Origin: Chrysiogenes arsenatis DSM 11915
GTDB taxonomy: Bacteria > Chrysiogenota > Chrysiogenetes > Chrysiogenales > Chrysiogenaceae
Direction: 5' to 3'
Length of the DNA stretch: 64,000 nucleotides
Assembly: GCF_000469585.1 (NCBI RefSeq)
Contig: NZ_AWNK01000004.1
Location: forward strand, 40,311 to 104,310
A program made the position numbers and the translations under genes. This document shows, piece by piece, positions 1 to 10,373 of this stretch (its first letter is position 1; each line of letters begins with the position of its first letter). The notes under the pieces were generated by a model. It was given only the letters and a program-made list of their open reading frames with translations. It was not told the DNA's origin and made no database searches.

Positions 1-360
1 GTTCCAGAAGTTGAATTCGCTAAACTCGGAACCTACCACCATACCATCAGCTATATTTTAGCGCGGAGCTGGGGTGTTGCGCCGATGATTTCCGAAACGA
101 TCCTCTCCCATCACGAAAACGGTGCTGTGCGCGTCCCTGGCACAATGGCCATGGCGAAAGTTTCCGCTGCGCTCCAACTGGCCGACTATCTCGACTTGAT
201 TTATCAGCATAAGATTGGCAATATCACTGGGGTTGATACTTGGCCTGAAGAAGAATGGGCTGAAACACACGAAGAAACCCTTTTTCAACTTGATCTTGAT
301 GGCGCACAACTGAGCGACTTAATTGATGATTTTTTTATTTTCCTTGGTCAACAGGAGTAA
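1..360 (+). CDS. HDOD-domain signalling protein, 3' fragment (5' end outside window)
   Basis: Frame 1 is open from nt 1 with no upstream stop, so the ATG at 85 is internal. The translation ...GTYHHTISYILARSWGVAPMISETILSHHENGAV... fits the conserved C-terminal part of HDOD domains (A..W.LP......I..HH). Stop at 358-360. Confidence 0.55.
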   Translation, partial: VPEVEFAKLGTYHHTISYILARSWGVAPMISETILSHHENGAVRVPGTMAMAKVSAALQLADYLDLIYQHKIGNITGVDTWPEEEWAETHEETLFQLDLDGAQLSDLIDDFFIFLGQQE

Positions 361-363
361 CGA

Positions 364-1320
364 TTGTCTAGCCAACCCGAACATTCGACGGAACAGAGCC
401 CCATCTATCCGCTCTGTTCCACGGCGCTTACGAAAAAATATCACGCATTTACCGCACTCCATCCACTTGATTTAACACTCAATTCTGGCGAAATCTTTGG
501 CCTTCTTGGACCGAATGGTGCGGGAAAAACTACGTTTATCTCCATGATTTCTGGCCTTATCGCACCGGATAGCGGCTCGATTACCATCGGTGGGTACAAT
601 CTTACAGAAAATCCAATTGAAGCGCGAATGCAGGTCGGCGTTGTACCACAGGAGATTGTTTCGCACGGTTTCTTTACCGTTAACCAGGTGTTGAATTTTC
701 ACTCCGGCTACTACGGCTTGCTGCGCAATCAAGAGCGGATTGATTATTTGTTGCATAAGTTGGCACTGTTTGAACACCGCAAAAAACTCGTACGTCAGCT
801 CTCAGGCGGCATGAAACGACGCTTGCTTATTGCTAAAGCGTTAGTTCACTTTCCACCTCTTTTACTCCTTGACGAACCAACGGCAGGTGTCGACGTTGAA
901 CTGCGTAATGATCTCTGGGAGTTTGTCGAAGAGCTCAATCGCGAACTGAAAACGACTATCCTCTTGACAACTCACTACCTTGAAGAGGCGGAAAAGCTCT
1001 GTCAACGCATTGGCGTGCTCCATCATGGTCGTTTGATTGCGCTTAATGATACCGCTGCGCTGATCCACCAGTTAACGTTGCGTCGTGTCACCTTAACGCT
1101 TGCCAACATTCCACCTCACCTGACGACGGTTGCGGGGATTTCATGTAATGGACACACGGTGAAGATCAACATCAAGCATGATGAAACGATTGGCCAACTC
1201 CTCAGTCGTCTTGCCATTCCATTGGACTCTCTCCACGACATTGTCGTGGATGAAGGTCGATTGGAAGAAGCCTTTAAAACGCTGATTCAGCAACATGGAA
1301 CAACAGGTGTACCACAATGA
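364..1320 (+). CDS. ABC transporter ATP-binding protein (ABC-2 type)
   Basis: Walker A GPNGAGKTT, ABC signature LSGGMKRR and Walker B LLLLDEPTAGVD are present. TTG start lies 4 nt after the upstream stop and is preceded by AGGAG. Confidence 0.9.
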   Translation: MSSQPEHSTEQSPIYPLCSTALTKKYHAFTALHPLDLTLNSGEIFGLLGPNGAGKTTFISMISGLIAPDSGSITIGGYNLTENPIEARMQVGVVPQEIVSHGFFTVNQVLNFHSGYYGLLRNQERIDYLLHKLALFEHRKKLVRQLSGGMKRRLLIAKALVHFPPLLLLDEPTAGVDVELRNDLWEFVEELNRELKTTILLTTHYLEEAEKLCQRIGVLHHGRLIALNDTAALIHQLTLRRVTLTLANIPPHLTTVAGISCNGHTVKINIKHDETIGQLLSRLAIPLDSLHDIVVDEGRLEEAFKTLIQQHGTTGVPQ

Positions 1321-2105
1321 ATGGTCGAATTTTTGCTGGTTTCTACTCGCTCCTAAGCAAAGAAGTACTCCGTTTTTACCGCGTTGCCGGACAAACGATC
1401 TTTAGCCCGTTAATTAACGCGGCGCTTTACCTCCTGATTTTTGGTGTCAATCTGGCAGATAAAATTGACACGATGAATGGTGTAAATTATCTTCTTTTCA
1501 TCATCCCCGGCTTGATGGCGATGGCGCTGCTCAACAACGCCTTTCAAAATGCTTCCAGTTCGATAATCACGTCCAAATTTCATGGCGATTTTCAGGATCT
1601 GCGGGTCGTACCACTGCAACCGCTACAAATTGTCGCGGCGTACGGTCTGGCAGCGACGCTGCGCGGCGCCCTCGTTGGTGTCTGCGTTGGGATCGTGGGA
1701 CAACTCTTCCATTACAGCATGTATAGCACACTCATACCCATTGCAGCGCCTGGCTGGTTGCTCCTGTTTATGCTCATGGGTGGTTTGACTTTCGGCTTTT
1801 TGGGGCTATGTATTGCGATCTTCTCCACAAGTTTTGACCAAGTGAGTGCTATCAGCACCTTTGTGATTCTTCCACTTATCTACCTTGGCGGGGTGTTTTT
1901 CAGCATTGAATCAATGCACCCGTTCTGGCAGCATCTTTCGTACCTCAACCCACTATTTTATATCATTAATGGCGTTCGCTACGGAGTACTTGGTGTGAGC
2001 GATCTGGCGCCGTACGTGTCCATCATGTTGGCCACGGTTTTCATTCTGCTGGCAGGCAGTTTAGCCTTTTGGGCGGTAAAAAAAGGGAGCTACACAAAAT
2101 TCTAA
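1317..2105 (+). CDS. ABC-2 type transporter permease
   Basis: 262 aa with about six hydrophobic segments. ATGA start/stop overlap with the ATPase gene. Size and organisation fit YadH-like ABC-2 permeases. Confidence 0.85.
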   Translation: MNGRIFAGFYSLLSKEVLRFYRVAGQTIFSPLINAALYLLIFGVNLADKIDTMNGVNYLLFIIPGLMAMALLNNAFQNASSSIITSKFHGDFQDLRVVPLQPLQIVAAYGLAATLRGALVGVCVGIVGQLFHYSMYSTLIPIAAPGWLLLFMLMGGLTFGFLGLCIAIFSTSFDQVSAISTFVILPLIYLGGVFFSIESMHPFWQHLSYLNPLFYIINGVRYGVLGVSDLAPYVSIMLATVFILLAGSLAFWAVKKGSYTKF

Positions 2106-2163
2106 CGGATCATATTGTTGTGCAGTACACATTCTATTATGCGATAACGAAAAATCATATTCC

Positions 2164-2185
2164 GTCTCATATATGAGACTTTCAG
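2164..2185 (+). terminator. Weak candidate intrinsic terminator after the ABC-2 pair
   Basis: Perfect palindrome GTCTCATATATGAGAC (2164-2179) followed by TTTC. The stem is AT-rich and the U-tract is short, so this is weak. Confidence 0.3.
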
Positions 2186-2272
2186 ATTGCGTGCCGAAAG
2201 TGCTTCTGTTACATTTTTGCCTGCCAATATTGACGGCAGTCAATTGATCAAGTTCTATCTTGGAGGGGTACA

Positions 2273-3904
2273 ATGTCGGCATTCGGGAGAGTTATTGGTT
2301 TAGCAGGGGTAGCAACAGGGGTGATAACCATTGGGGTTTCGGTTCTCGCCACCATTATTGGAAGTAGTTCGCTTTGGATTCCGATTTTCATCACTGCACT
2401 CTTAGTATTCGGCGTATGTACCGTATTTGCCCAACAGGGTTTCAAAAAACAACTCAATGAACTTCAGCATGCCACGGAATCATTCCAAGCACATGGTACG
2501 ATTGACCTACGGGTGCAAATGAATTCAGGCAACAGCCGAGAGCTGGCAGAGTTCGACACCATTATCCGTTCGATTCACGATGGTGTTGCCAATGCGCAAG
2601 GAGCGGTTCACGAGATGAGTAACCTTGCGGCACCATTGGTTCATGATACCCGTGATGTCACCCATGAGTTTCGTTCCCATGTCGCTACCGTCAACTCAAT
2701 TGCGCAAGCGATGGGACAAATTGCTGCCAGCTCGCGCGATGTGATGGATACCCTGAATGAAATGATTCAGAAAACTGACTTCGCGAGTGGGCGCACTGAA
2801 GAAGGGAAGAGCCAGCTTGAGCTTGCCACCAGAAACATCGCGCTTATCCGTGACCGGACAGTCAAACTTTCCAGCACGATTCAGGAACTTTCCAACTCTT
2901 CTTCAAAAATCAACGCCATTTTAAATGTAATCAACGACATTGCCGATCAAACGAACCTGCTCGCGCTGAATGCGGCGATTGAAGCAGCACGTGCTGGTGA
3001 AGCAGGACGGGGATTCGCCGTTGTCGCTGATGAGGTGCGTAAACTGGCGGAACGGACGCAGAATGCCACCAAAGAGGTTTCCAGCATCATTGCTAATCTC
3101 TACAACGAAACCGAACTCGCCTTTAGTGAAATGGAACAATCTCGCAAAAGTGTTGAAGAAGGGGTTGAAGTTATCGGAAAAACCGAAACGATTTTTGCTG
3201 AAATTGTTGAATCGGTCAGCGAGATTGACCAAGGCAATGGGGTGATTGGCTTCGCTGTCCGCGAGCAGAACCAAACCATTCAGAAAATCAACGATTCATT
3301 GCAATCGATGGTCAGTGGCGTCGAACGGAGCACGTTAGCCCTGTCGACACTGGGCGATAGTGTCGATTCGCTGGCACACATTTCTCGCGAAGCTGAAGGG
3401 ATACTTGGTCAATTTACCGTTCATGGTGGCACAAAGTCACCATCGCCCGTAAGTTCAAGTAAATCAATGCGTCTTGTCAGCGGTGCGCACAAAGGTGGGC
3501 CGTTCATCGTCTGGAGCGATGCGCTCAATTCTGGGGTCAACTTTATTGATTCTGAACATAAACAACTGGTTAAAATAGTGAATAAATTAGCCGATGCCGT
3601 TCGCGCCGGTGCAGGGAAAGAAGTTCTTGGTAAAGTGTTTAACGAGTTACTCGGCTACACGGCGGATCACTTCAAAGATGAAGAGACCCATATGCACAAA
3701 TATCAGTATCCAGAGTACTCCGCGCATAAAGCAGAGCACGAAAAACTGGTGCAACAGGCTCTGACACTCAAAAGTAAGTTTGAAGCTGGAGACTTACTGG
3801 TCGCCAGCGATACGCTCGACTTTCTTAAAAGCTGGTTGACAGAACACATCATGGGCAGAGATATTAAACTTGGAGAATACCTCAGGAGTAAAGGAGTTAA
3901 ATAA
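2273..3904 (+). CDS. Methyl-accepting chemotaxis protein with C-terminal hemerythrin-like domain
   Basis: GGAGG RBS and two N-terminal hydrophobic segments. Conserved MCP signalling hairpin [38 protein letters not shown]. The last ~130 aa carry the hemerythrin ligand pattern ([28 protein letters not shown]). Confidence 0.9.
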   Translation: MSAFGRVIGLAGVATGVITIGVSVLATIIGSSSLWIPIFITALLVFGVCTVFAQQGFKKQLNELQHATESFQAHGTIDLRVQMNSGNSRELAEFDTIIRSIHDGVANAQGAVHEMSNLAAPLVHDTRDVTHEFRSHVATVNSIAQAMGQIAASSRDVMDTLNEMIQKTDFASGRTEEGKSQLELATRNIALIRDRTVKLSSTIQELSNSSSKINAILNVINDIADQTNLLALNAAIEAARAGEAGRGFAVVADEVRKLAERTQNATKEVSSIIANLYNETELAFSEMEQSRKSVEEGVEVIGKTETIFAEIVESVSEIDQGNGVIGFAVREQNQTIQKINDSLQSMVSGVERSTLALSTLGDSVDSLAHISREAEGILGQFTVHGGTKSPSPVSSSKSMRLVSGAHKGGPFIVWSDALNSGVNFIDSEHKQLVKIVNKLADAVRAGAGKEVLGKVFNELLGYTADHFKDEETHMHKYQYPEYSAHKAEHEKLVQQALTLKSKFEAGDLLVASDTLDFLKSWLTEHIMGRDIKLGEYLRSKGVK

Positions 3905-3912
3905 CGCACATC

Positions 3913-5379
3913 ATGCAAACATTTATTGTCGTCAACAACCCAGATGATTGGCTCTTTGATATTGATGGAGTAGAGGTTCTCTCTGCGTGGGAGTACCTTA
4001 CGAATCCGTACTACAGCAAACTTAAAGGGGTTCAACTCTTTAATCTCTGCCGTTCGTATATGTATCAGAGCTATGGCTACTATGTATCGTTGCTTGCATC
4101 ATCGCGAGGACATAAACCGTTGCCGACAGTAATGACAATGCAAGATCTTGCGACTCCTGGCCTCCTACGAGTAGCAACGCCTGAGCTTGACCATTTAATT
4201 CAAAAAACGCTCGAATCACTGCAACCAGATACCTTTACCCTTTCGATTTATTTCGGTCGTAATTTTGCGAAACGGTACGACAAACTCTGTCGCCATCTGT
4301 ATCGCTTATTTGAAGCACCCTTCGTGCGTGCCAATTTCGAGCGCATTGCGGGACGTTGGCATTTAACGCATATTGCGCCCATTTCGGCGAATAACGTCCC
4401 AGAAGACCATCGGGAATTTATTGCCCTCTCGGCGCAAGAGTACTTTAGTAAACGCCGCCAAAGTCTTCCACGTCGCAGTAAGTACCGCTATGACTTGGCG
4501 ATCTTGCATGACCCAGACGACCCTATGCCGCCATCTGACCCAAAAGCCATTGCAAAATTTATCAAGGCCGCTAATGCCTTAGGCATTGCCACGGAAATGA
4601 TTACCAAAGATGACTACAACCGCTTGAGTGAATTCGATATGCTCTTTATTCGCGAAACCACTCATGTGAACCATCATACGTACCAGTTCGCCAGAAGAGC
4701 AGAATCAGAAGGGCTGGTCACAATTGACGACCCGCAATCTATCCTGCGTTGCACCAATAAAGTGTACCTTGCCGAGCTATTGCAAACGAATCGCGTCCCA
4801 ACGCCGCATACCGTAATTGTCCATCGTGGCAATCTGGATAATGTGGAAGAGGAGCTCGACTATCCGATGATCCTGAAACAGCCTGATAGTTCTTTTTCGC
4901 AAGGGGTAAAAAAAGTCAATACCCCCAAAGAGTACCGTACCGTCGCGTTGCAAATGCTGGAAACATCTGCCCTGCTGATTGCGCAGGAGTTTATCCCAAC
5001 GACGTTTGACTGGCGCATTGGCGTGTTTGATCATCAGCCATTGTACGTGTGCAAATACTACATGGCGGCCAAGCACTGGCAAATCATTAAAAGCGATTCC
5101 AACGGGAAAGCGCAAGTCGGTCGATTCGAAGCAATAGCCGTCGAACACGCACCACCCAAAGTCATTAAAATGGCGCTGAAAGCCTGCGACCTGATTGGTG
5201 ACGGATTTTATGGAGTCGACATCAAGCAGGTAGATAACAAACTCTACCTGATTGAAGTCAACGATAATCCCAACATCGATGCGGGCGTGGAAGACTCTAT
5301 TGAAAAAGATGAGCTCTATTCACGAATTATGCGAATCATGCTACGCCGCGTGGAGCGGCGCAAAGAGCAACGCTACTAA
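3913..5379 (+). CDS. RimK-family ATP-grasp protein with extended N-terminal domain
   Basis: ATP-grasp core segments YPMILKQPDSSFSQGV, LIAQEFIPTTFDWRIGV and YGVDIKQVDNKLYLIEVNDNPNI, preceded by a ~190-aa N-terminal domain as in the long RimK-like proteins. Confidence 0.8.
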   Translation: MQTFIVVNNPDDWLFDIDGVEVLSAWEYLTNPYYSKLKGVQLFNLCRSYMYQSYGYYVSLLASSRGHKPLPTVMTMQDLATPGLLRVATPELDHLIQKTLESLQPDTFTLSIYFGRNFAKRYDKLCRHLYRLFEAPFVRANFERIAGRWHLTHIAPISANNVPEDHREFIALSAQEYFSKRRQSLPRRSKYRYDLAILHDPDDPMPPSDPKAIAKFIKAANALGIATEMITKDDYNRLSEFDMLFIRETTHVNHHTYQFARRAESEGLVTIDDPQSILRCTNKVYLAELLQTNRVPTPHTVIVHRGNLDNVEEELDYPMILKQPDSSFSQGVKKVNTPKEYRTVALQMLETSALLIAQEFIPTTFDWRIGVFDHQPLYVCKYYMAAKHWQIIKSDSNGKAQVGRFEAIAVEHAPPKVIKMALKACDLIGDGFYGVDIKQVDNKLYLIEVNDNPNIDAGVEDSIEKDELYSRIMRIMLRRVERRKEQRY

Positions 5380-5396
5380 CCGATAGCGAGTTATTT

Positions 5397-7526
5397 TTAT
5401 TCCACAAATGGCAAGGTAAAGTAAAACGTAGACCCCTCGCCATACACTGAGTCAAAGCCTATCGTTCCACCCATTTTATGGATAATTTCACGCGAAATAG
5501 CCAGTCCCAGTCCGGTACCGCCTTTTGGGCGCGTATCGGATGAGTCGGCTTGCGAGAACCGTTTAAATATGCGCTCGCGAAACTCATCGGGAATGCCGCT
5601 CCCATAATCACGGATGGCCACCCGTACGTTCTGCCCTTCGCGCGTACAGTGAATTTCCACAGTACTTCCAGCCGGAGAGAATTTTGCAGCATTGGATAAA
5701 AGATTGGCTATCACCTGTTGCAGCCGCTTTTCATCAGCGTTCACGAACAAGTTATCGTCACGCGTCATCAGCACAAAGGTTGAGCTATGCTCTTGAGCAA
5801 AGGTTTGGTGCGTATTAATGGACTCGACAGCAATCGCCCCTACTTCAAGCCGTTTCATGGCGAATTCCATACGACCTGAGGCTATTTTTTCAATATCGAG
5901 AAGGTCGTTGATCAGTAAGGTGAGTCTGTCACTATTACTTTTCGCAATTTTTATCATTTGTGTTGCCTCGGGTGACAATTGGCCAAGTTGACCGCTGTCA
6001 ATCAACGTAATCGCGCCACGAATAGAGGTTAATGGCGTCCGCAGTTCGTGACTGACAGTGGAAATAAATTGGTTTTTCATCATTTCAACCCGTTTGCGCT
6101 CAGTAATATCAAGGTTTGTGCCGATCATGCGCACGGCCTTACCCTCCTCGTTGCGAATCACACACGCATCGGCCTGAATCCAACGGACGGTTATCCCATC
6201 GGGGTGAATGACACGAAATTCTGTTTTGAACTCCTTCCCCCCTTGTATAGCTTGTTGGATAAGAGCATGCGCTGATGCCGCATCATCTGGATGCAGCCCG
6301 TTTTGCCACGCTTCATAGGCAGCGCCAAAATTGCTTTTAGAAAGGCCGTAGAGCCGATACATATTGTCGTCCCACGTCAGTTTATTCTGGAGAATGTCAT
6401 AGTCCCAAATACCAATCCCAGTACCTGAAGTCGCCAGATAGAGGCGTTGTCGCTGTTCATCACGCGAAGCTAAAAGTCGGTTAAAAGCGCCAACCAGCTG
6501 ACCAACCTCATCATTTACGTGCACGGGGATCGCCTGAAATGCTTCTCGTTCATTCACCATCGAATCGATGGTCATAATTGACTGACGCAACGGCGCTAAA
6601 ATTCGCCCCAACTGCGAAATTAAGAGGAGAGCAAAAAGAGCTAGCAGTCCCAACGTCGATAGTGCAAGGTTAGAAACTAAATGCGCAACCGGAGCAAGTA
6701 CTTTTTCTTCTGGTAACGCCTTTACGACAATCCATCCCATTTGTGGCATCACAGCACTTGCATAAAGCAATTTTGTTCCATTACGCTCAGTAATAGCTCC
6801 ACTTTGCGACGTAGTTAAGGCAGCATCTATCAGTGGAATGATGCCATGCGGCGGTAAGGGTTGCATGGAGAGCGAAAAGTCGTGCGATGTAACAATCAAC
6901 TTATTAACGGGGTCAATAATATAGAGGAGCTCGTCCGAGCGCAGCACTTGGCCGCTAGGCACTAAAAAATTGTTGACTTCTAAAAAGGTGATACCGATTA
7001 AAAATCCAAGTACCCCTTCGGTTTCTGAAAGAATGGGGACATTGATGAAAAAACTTGGACGATTGGCACGCGAAGCGATTAACGGTTGCGTGATCACCGG
7101 TTGTTTGGTTTTTCGTGCTTCCTGAATATGTTCCCGTTGCGAGATATTTAACCCAATTCTACCACTGTTTTTTGGCGCTTCCCCGACACCAATACCCGCA
7201 GCATCGGCAACCATCAAACCACCGTTAAATGTCTGTCTTACCAGTACAATACCATCAAGCAATTGCGCCATCGAAGCTTCATCAAGTAATTTTCCTCCAT
7301 CTTGCAGGAGCGGCGCGAGTCGCATCAATAAGATTTTTCGCTCTTCTAATGCTTTTGACGCATACGTTACGAGCAACTGTGCTTTCTCTTGCTGTTCCGC
7401 AATCAGTAATTGTTTGACGTCACGTGAGACAGTGACTTGCATGAAAATCACTAATATAAATGCCGCAATGGCGAAAAAAAATAACGATGAGAGAATAATG
7501 CGCCGCGATATTGAGAGTTGCTTCAT
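5397..7526 (-). CDS. Sensor histidine kinase (TM, extracytoplasmic domain, TM, HAMP-like, PAS, HisKA, HATPase)
   Basis: N-terminal TM, ~270-aa external region and a second TM (LALSTLGLLALFALLLI). PAS-like region and H-box FISTVSHELRTPLTSI. ATPase boxes NLLSNAAKF, DYGSGIP and GGTGLGLAI. Confidence 0.9.
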   Translation of the reverse strand: MKQLSISRRIILSSLFFFAIAAFILVIFMQVTVSRDVKQLLIAEQQEKAQLLVTYASKALEERKILLMRLAPLLQDGGKLLDEASMAQLLDGIVLVRQTFNGGLMVADAAGIGVGEAPKNSGRIGLNISQREHIQEARKTKQPVITQPLIASRANRPSFFINVPILSETEGVLGFLIGITFLEVNNFLVPSGQVLRSDELLYIIDPVNKLIVTSHDFSLSMQPLPPHGIIPLIDAALTTSQSGAITERNGTKLLYASAVMPQMGWIVVKALPEEKVLAPVAHLVSNLALSTLGLLALFALLLISQLGRILAPLRQSIMTIDSMVNEREAFQAIPVHVNDEVGQLVGAFNRLLASRDEQRQRLYLATSGTGIGIWDYDILQNKLTWDDNMYRLYGLSKSNFGAAYEAWQNGLHPDDAASAHALIQQAIQGGKEFKTEFRVIHPDGITVRWIQADACVIRNEEGKAVRMIGTNLDITERKRVEMMKNQFISTVSHELRTPLTSIRGAITLIDSGQLGQLSPEATQMIKIAKSNSDRLTLLINDLLDIEKIASGRMEFAMKRLEVGAIAVESINTHQTFAQEHSSTFVLMTRDDNLFVNADEKRLQQVIANLLSNAAKFSPAGSTVEIHCTREGQNVRVAIRDYGSGIPDEFRERIFKRFSQADSSDTRPKGGTGLGLAISREIIHKMGGTIGFDSVYGEGSTFYFTLPFVE

Positions 7527-7542
7527 GGTGTCCCTGCTTCGA

Positions 7543-8319
7543 TCAACTTTTTGCTATTGAAGGTTTTTGCTGCAGTGCACGGAGTATCTTGCCTATATTC
7601 TCCAACATAAAAGCATCTCGCTTGACAACATGATCAAGTGGAATGCAAGCCGGGATATTGGAAGTATCGCTCGCTAATACAACGGTTGATGTTGTGCGGT
7701 TGCGATTATCGGAATAACGGATGCCACACAACACACCAAAGGCGCTGATATCACTTAAATGGCGAGCCGTGATGATAAGGTCAAATTTCTCCAGCAGGAG
7801 AACTTCTAACGCTTTCATGCCGGTGGTGACGTGTGTTTCACGTGCATGATGCTCTTGCAGTACCTTGCGGTAGGAATGGGCAAAGGTTTTGGATGGTTCG
7901 ATAACTAACACGGATAATTCACCACCAGTTGCCGTCGCTAAAGAGTCAAGGGCTTCTTGAATCGATGTGATATTCCCGCGCTCACTCGCATCCCGTACTT
8001 GCAGCAAGAGGTCAACATATCGCAAGCTATTATCGGCAAAAGGAGGAGCATAATTCCCGTGAGCAGCAGTTAACGAATTTTCCAGTGCATGACAAATAGA
8101 TGTCACAATCGGCAACCCGAGTGTTCCACCTGTCCCTTTTAAACTATGTACTTTGCGGTACAGCTCATCAAAAATAACGGCATGATGCGCGGTGGGGTCT
8201 TCAAGCTTCAGCAACAACGCTTCGATTTGATAGCATTTTTCTGGAAGTTCATGCAGAAAAGAACCCGTCATTTGCAACATTAGAGCGGCGATAGCGTCGT
8301 GTCCGTTGGTCGCGCTCAT
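7543..8319 (-). CDS. Hpt phosphotransfer protein fused to a receiver-like (probably pseudo-receiver) domain
   Basis: Hpt motif HSLKGTGGTLG. The C-terminal receiver-like fold has VLVIEPS in place of the acidic pair and DLIITARHL where the phospho-acceptor Asp is expected. I chose the ATG at 8319 because it follows AGGAGGAAACAG and forms an ATGA overlap with the upstream stop, rather than the ORF-track start at 8349. Confidence 0.75.
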   Translation of the reverse strand: MSATNGHDAIAALMLQMTGSFLHELPEKCYQIEALLLKLEDPTAHHAVIFDELYRKVHSLKGTGGTLGLPIVTSICHALENSLTAAHGNYAPPFADNSLRYVDLLLQVRDASERGNITSIQEALDSLATATGGELSVLVIEPSKTFAHSYRKVLQEHHARETHVTTGMKALEVLLLEKFDLIITARHLSDISAFGVLCGIRYSDNRNRTTSTVVLASDTSNIPACIPLDHVVKRDAFMLENIGKILRALQQKPSIAKS

Positions 8320-9968
8320 ACTGTTTCCTCCTTGCGGAGAGCGACACATACTTTATTTCTGCCGCTCCGTTTAGCGTCATACAAGGCACCATCAGCGGCT
8401 TCGAGAATAGAAAAATCGGGGTACTCAGTGTTCGTCGCCATGCCACTGCTCAGGGTGCAACTAAATGACAACTCATCGTGCATAAACGGGATCGCGGCAA
8501 ATTTTTCGCGAATATCATTCAGAATATCGCAGGCAGCTTCAACGGTACAGTTCAGGAGCACGGCGGCGAATTCCTCCCCTCCATAACGAGCCACAATATC
8601 GGTTTTTCGTAAGCGTTGTTTTAAAAGGTGCGCTAAAGCTTTGATGACACGATCCCCCATTCCATGTCCATAGGTATCATTCACTTTTTTAAAGTGGTCA
8701 ATATCGAACATGGCCACAACGAGTGGTTCTTGTGTGCGACGTGAACGCTCCAACTCTGTCACCAGCTGTTCTTTGAAATTGACGTGCTTCAGCAGTCCCG
8801 TCATGCTATCGCGTGAAATAAGGTTGTTCAGCTGCCGTGCACGCGCCACACGCGCCGTGACTGCGGCGATAAGATAATTATCAGCTATCGGTTTTGTCAG
8901 AAAATCGTCGCCACCATTCAGCATAGCCTTAATGTGCATCTGTAAATCAGTTTCAGCGGAAAGGTAGACAATAGGGACACCAAGCCACTCATCGCGCATA
9001 CGCAACATGCGGGCTAACTCCGTGCCAGAATATCCTGGCATATGGATATCCATTAAAATCAATTCAGGGCGCAACTCGTCTGCCGCAGCAAAAAGTTCGG
9101 TAGGTTCAGTAACGACACCGACTTCCATGCCTGCCCGTTGTAATACCAACTGGTAATGGCAGGCCAAATCGATATCATCATCAACAATCATAACGCGATA
9201 CGGAGCTACGTCACGTTGATTAAATGTTCTTTCTAAGCGATCAACCAGTTTGGGAATATCGACCGGTTTTTTAAAATATCCCTGCGCCCCGACACGAGCG
9301 GCCATGATTTGAGCGCGAAAATCATCACGATTGGAAATAAAAATGAACTCTGACGGTATTTCCCCTTGAAATAACTCGCGCCCATGCGCAAAATAGTCCG
9401 CAACATCAGCCGAAAAATCGGTATCAATAACAATTGCTTCGGGAATTTTTCCCTGTTTCAGTTCATTAAGATGTGCCGTGTACGTCAAAAAACTGGCTAC
9501 CGAATAGCCGAAGTTCACTAATTCCTTTTTGAGATCGTTCGCCGTTTCAACCTGTGTTGCTAACAGATGAATGGTTCTTGTCTCCGACAGCGAAGGGGGA
9601 ACACAGGCGGGCTTTTCCATTGTTTCTGGTTGGTTGACTGATTTTGCATGTTCGTGGAGTGCCGCAACGCGACTGACAAGATCATCCAGCACAGGCTTAT
9701 TGACCCCATCTTGTGTGTGCAGCAGGGCTTGTACTTGCGTTTCCAGTTCACGTGCCGCTTGACTGAGCTGGGGAAATCCAAACGTTCCACCTGACCCTGC
9801 CAGCTTGTGTAACTTTTGGTGCAGCTCGCTCAAAACTGATTCAATCTCTTGGCTATCCAAAAGAGTGTTTGCTAAGGTATTCAGTGACGCTAATTCGCTG
9901 GCGAGTTTAGCCGCATAGCTTTGCTTGAGCGCCACTAATTGCTGCTGTAATTGTTCTTGGTTATCCAT
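8316..9968 (-). CDS. Hpt / receiver-like / receiver / GGDEF diguanylate cyclase
   Basis: Hpt motif HKLAGSGGTFG. One degenerate receiver-like region, then a canonical receiver (VMIVDDD ... ILMDIHMPGYSG ... LTKP). GGDEF domain with GGEEF and an RxxD site (RKTD) five residues upstream. 8-nt overlap with the upstream receiver gene. Confidence 0.85.
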   Translation of the reverse strand: MDNQEQLQQQLVALKQSYAAKLASELASLNTLANTLLDSQEIESVLSELHQKLHKLAGSGGTFGFPQLSQAARELETQVQALLHTQDGVNKPVLDDLVSRVAALHEHAKSVNQPETMEKPACVPPSLSETRTIHLLATQVETANDLKKELVNFGYSVASFLTYTAHLNELKQGKIPEAIVIDTDFSADVADYFAHGRELFQGEIPSEFIFISNRDDFRAQIMAARVGAQGYFKKPVDIPKLVDRLERTFNQRDVAPYRVMIVDDDIDLACHYQLVLQRAGMEVGVVTEPTELFAAADELRPELILMDIHMPGYSGTELARMLRMRDEWLGVPIVYLSAETDLQMHIKAMLNGGDDFLTKPIADNYLIAAVTARVARARQLNNLISRDSMTGLLKHVNFKEQLVTELERSRRTQEPLVVAMFDIDHFKKVNDTYGHGMGDRVIKALAHLLKQRLRKTDIVARYGGEEFAAVLLNCTVEAACDILNDIREKFAAIPFMHDELSFSCTLSSGMATNTEYPDFSILEAADGALYDAKRSGRNKVCVALRKEETV

Positions 9969-10359
9969 TTCCGCGCTCCATATGCCCCCGCCACAATTGG
10001 CGTACCGTATCAGCTAATACCATAGCGTCAAATGGTTTTGCGATCACATCAATAGCGCCAAGTGCCTTATAATGGCTTACTTCTGGCGGCTGCACTTTCG
10101 CCGTCATGAATATCACGGGGATATCTTTCGTTTCTGGGTCGCAGCGCAAATTTTCCAGTGTAGTCGGGCCATCCATTTCAGGCATCATCACATCAAGCAG
10201 AATAAGATCGGGTTGAAAGATTTTTACTATCTCGAGTGCTTTTACCCCATGTTCAGCAACGGATACGGTAAATCCGCCCATCAACTCAAGAGTCATTTTG
10301 GCAATCGTTTGAATGTCCGGTTCATCCTCAACCAAAAGAATTTTATTGAGATCAGGCAC
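9961..10359 (-). CDS. Single-domain response regulator (CheY-like receiver)
   Basis: ILLVEDEPD ... DLILLDVMMPEMDG ... MTAK ... KPF. GTG start preceded by AAGAGGTG. Confidence 0.9.
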   Translation of the reverse strand: MPDLNKILLVEDEPDIQTIAKMTLELMGGFTVSVAEHGVKALEIVKIFQPDLILLDVMMPEMDGPTTLENLRCDPETKDIPVIFMTAKVQPPEVSHYKALGAIDVIAKPFDAMVLADTVRQLWRGHMERGNG

Positions 10360-10373
10360 AAGAACACCTCTTA

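Noticed and set aside
364-2105. ABC transporter pair as the missing ABC component of the TolC/MFP operon
   Set aside because: It is an ABC-2 type half-system: a soluble ATPase plus a small six-TM permease, with no fused TMD or C39 domain. It is on the opposite strand and more than 30 kb away, with its own local context.
2921-3274. Antisense ORFs inside the MCP genes (2921-3274 minus strand; 12388-14162 plus-strand set)
   Set aside because: They overlap strongly supported MCP coding sequence in the opposite orientation and lack motifs.
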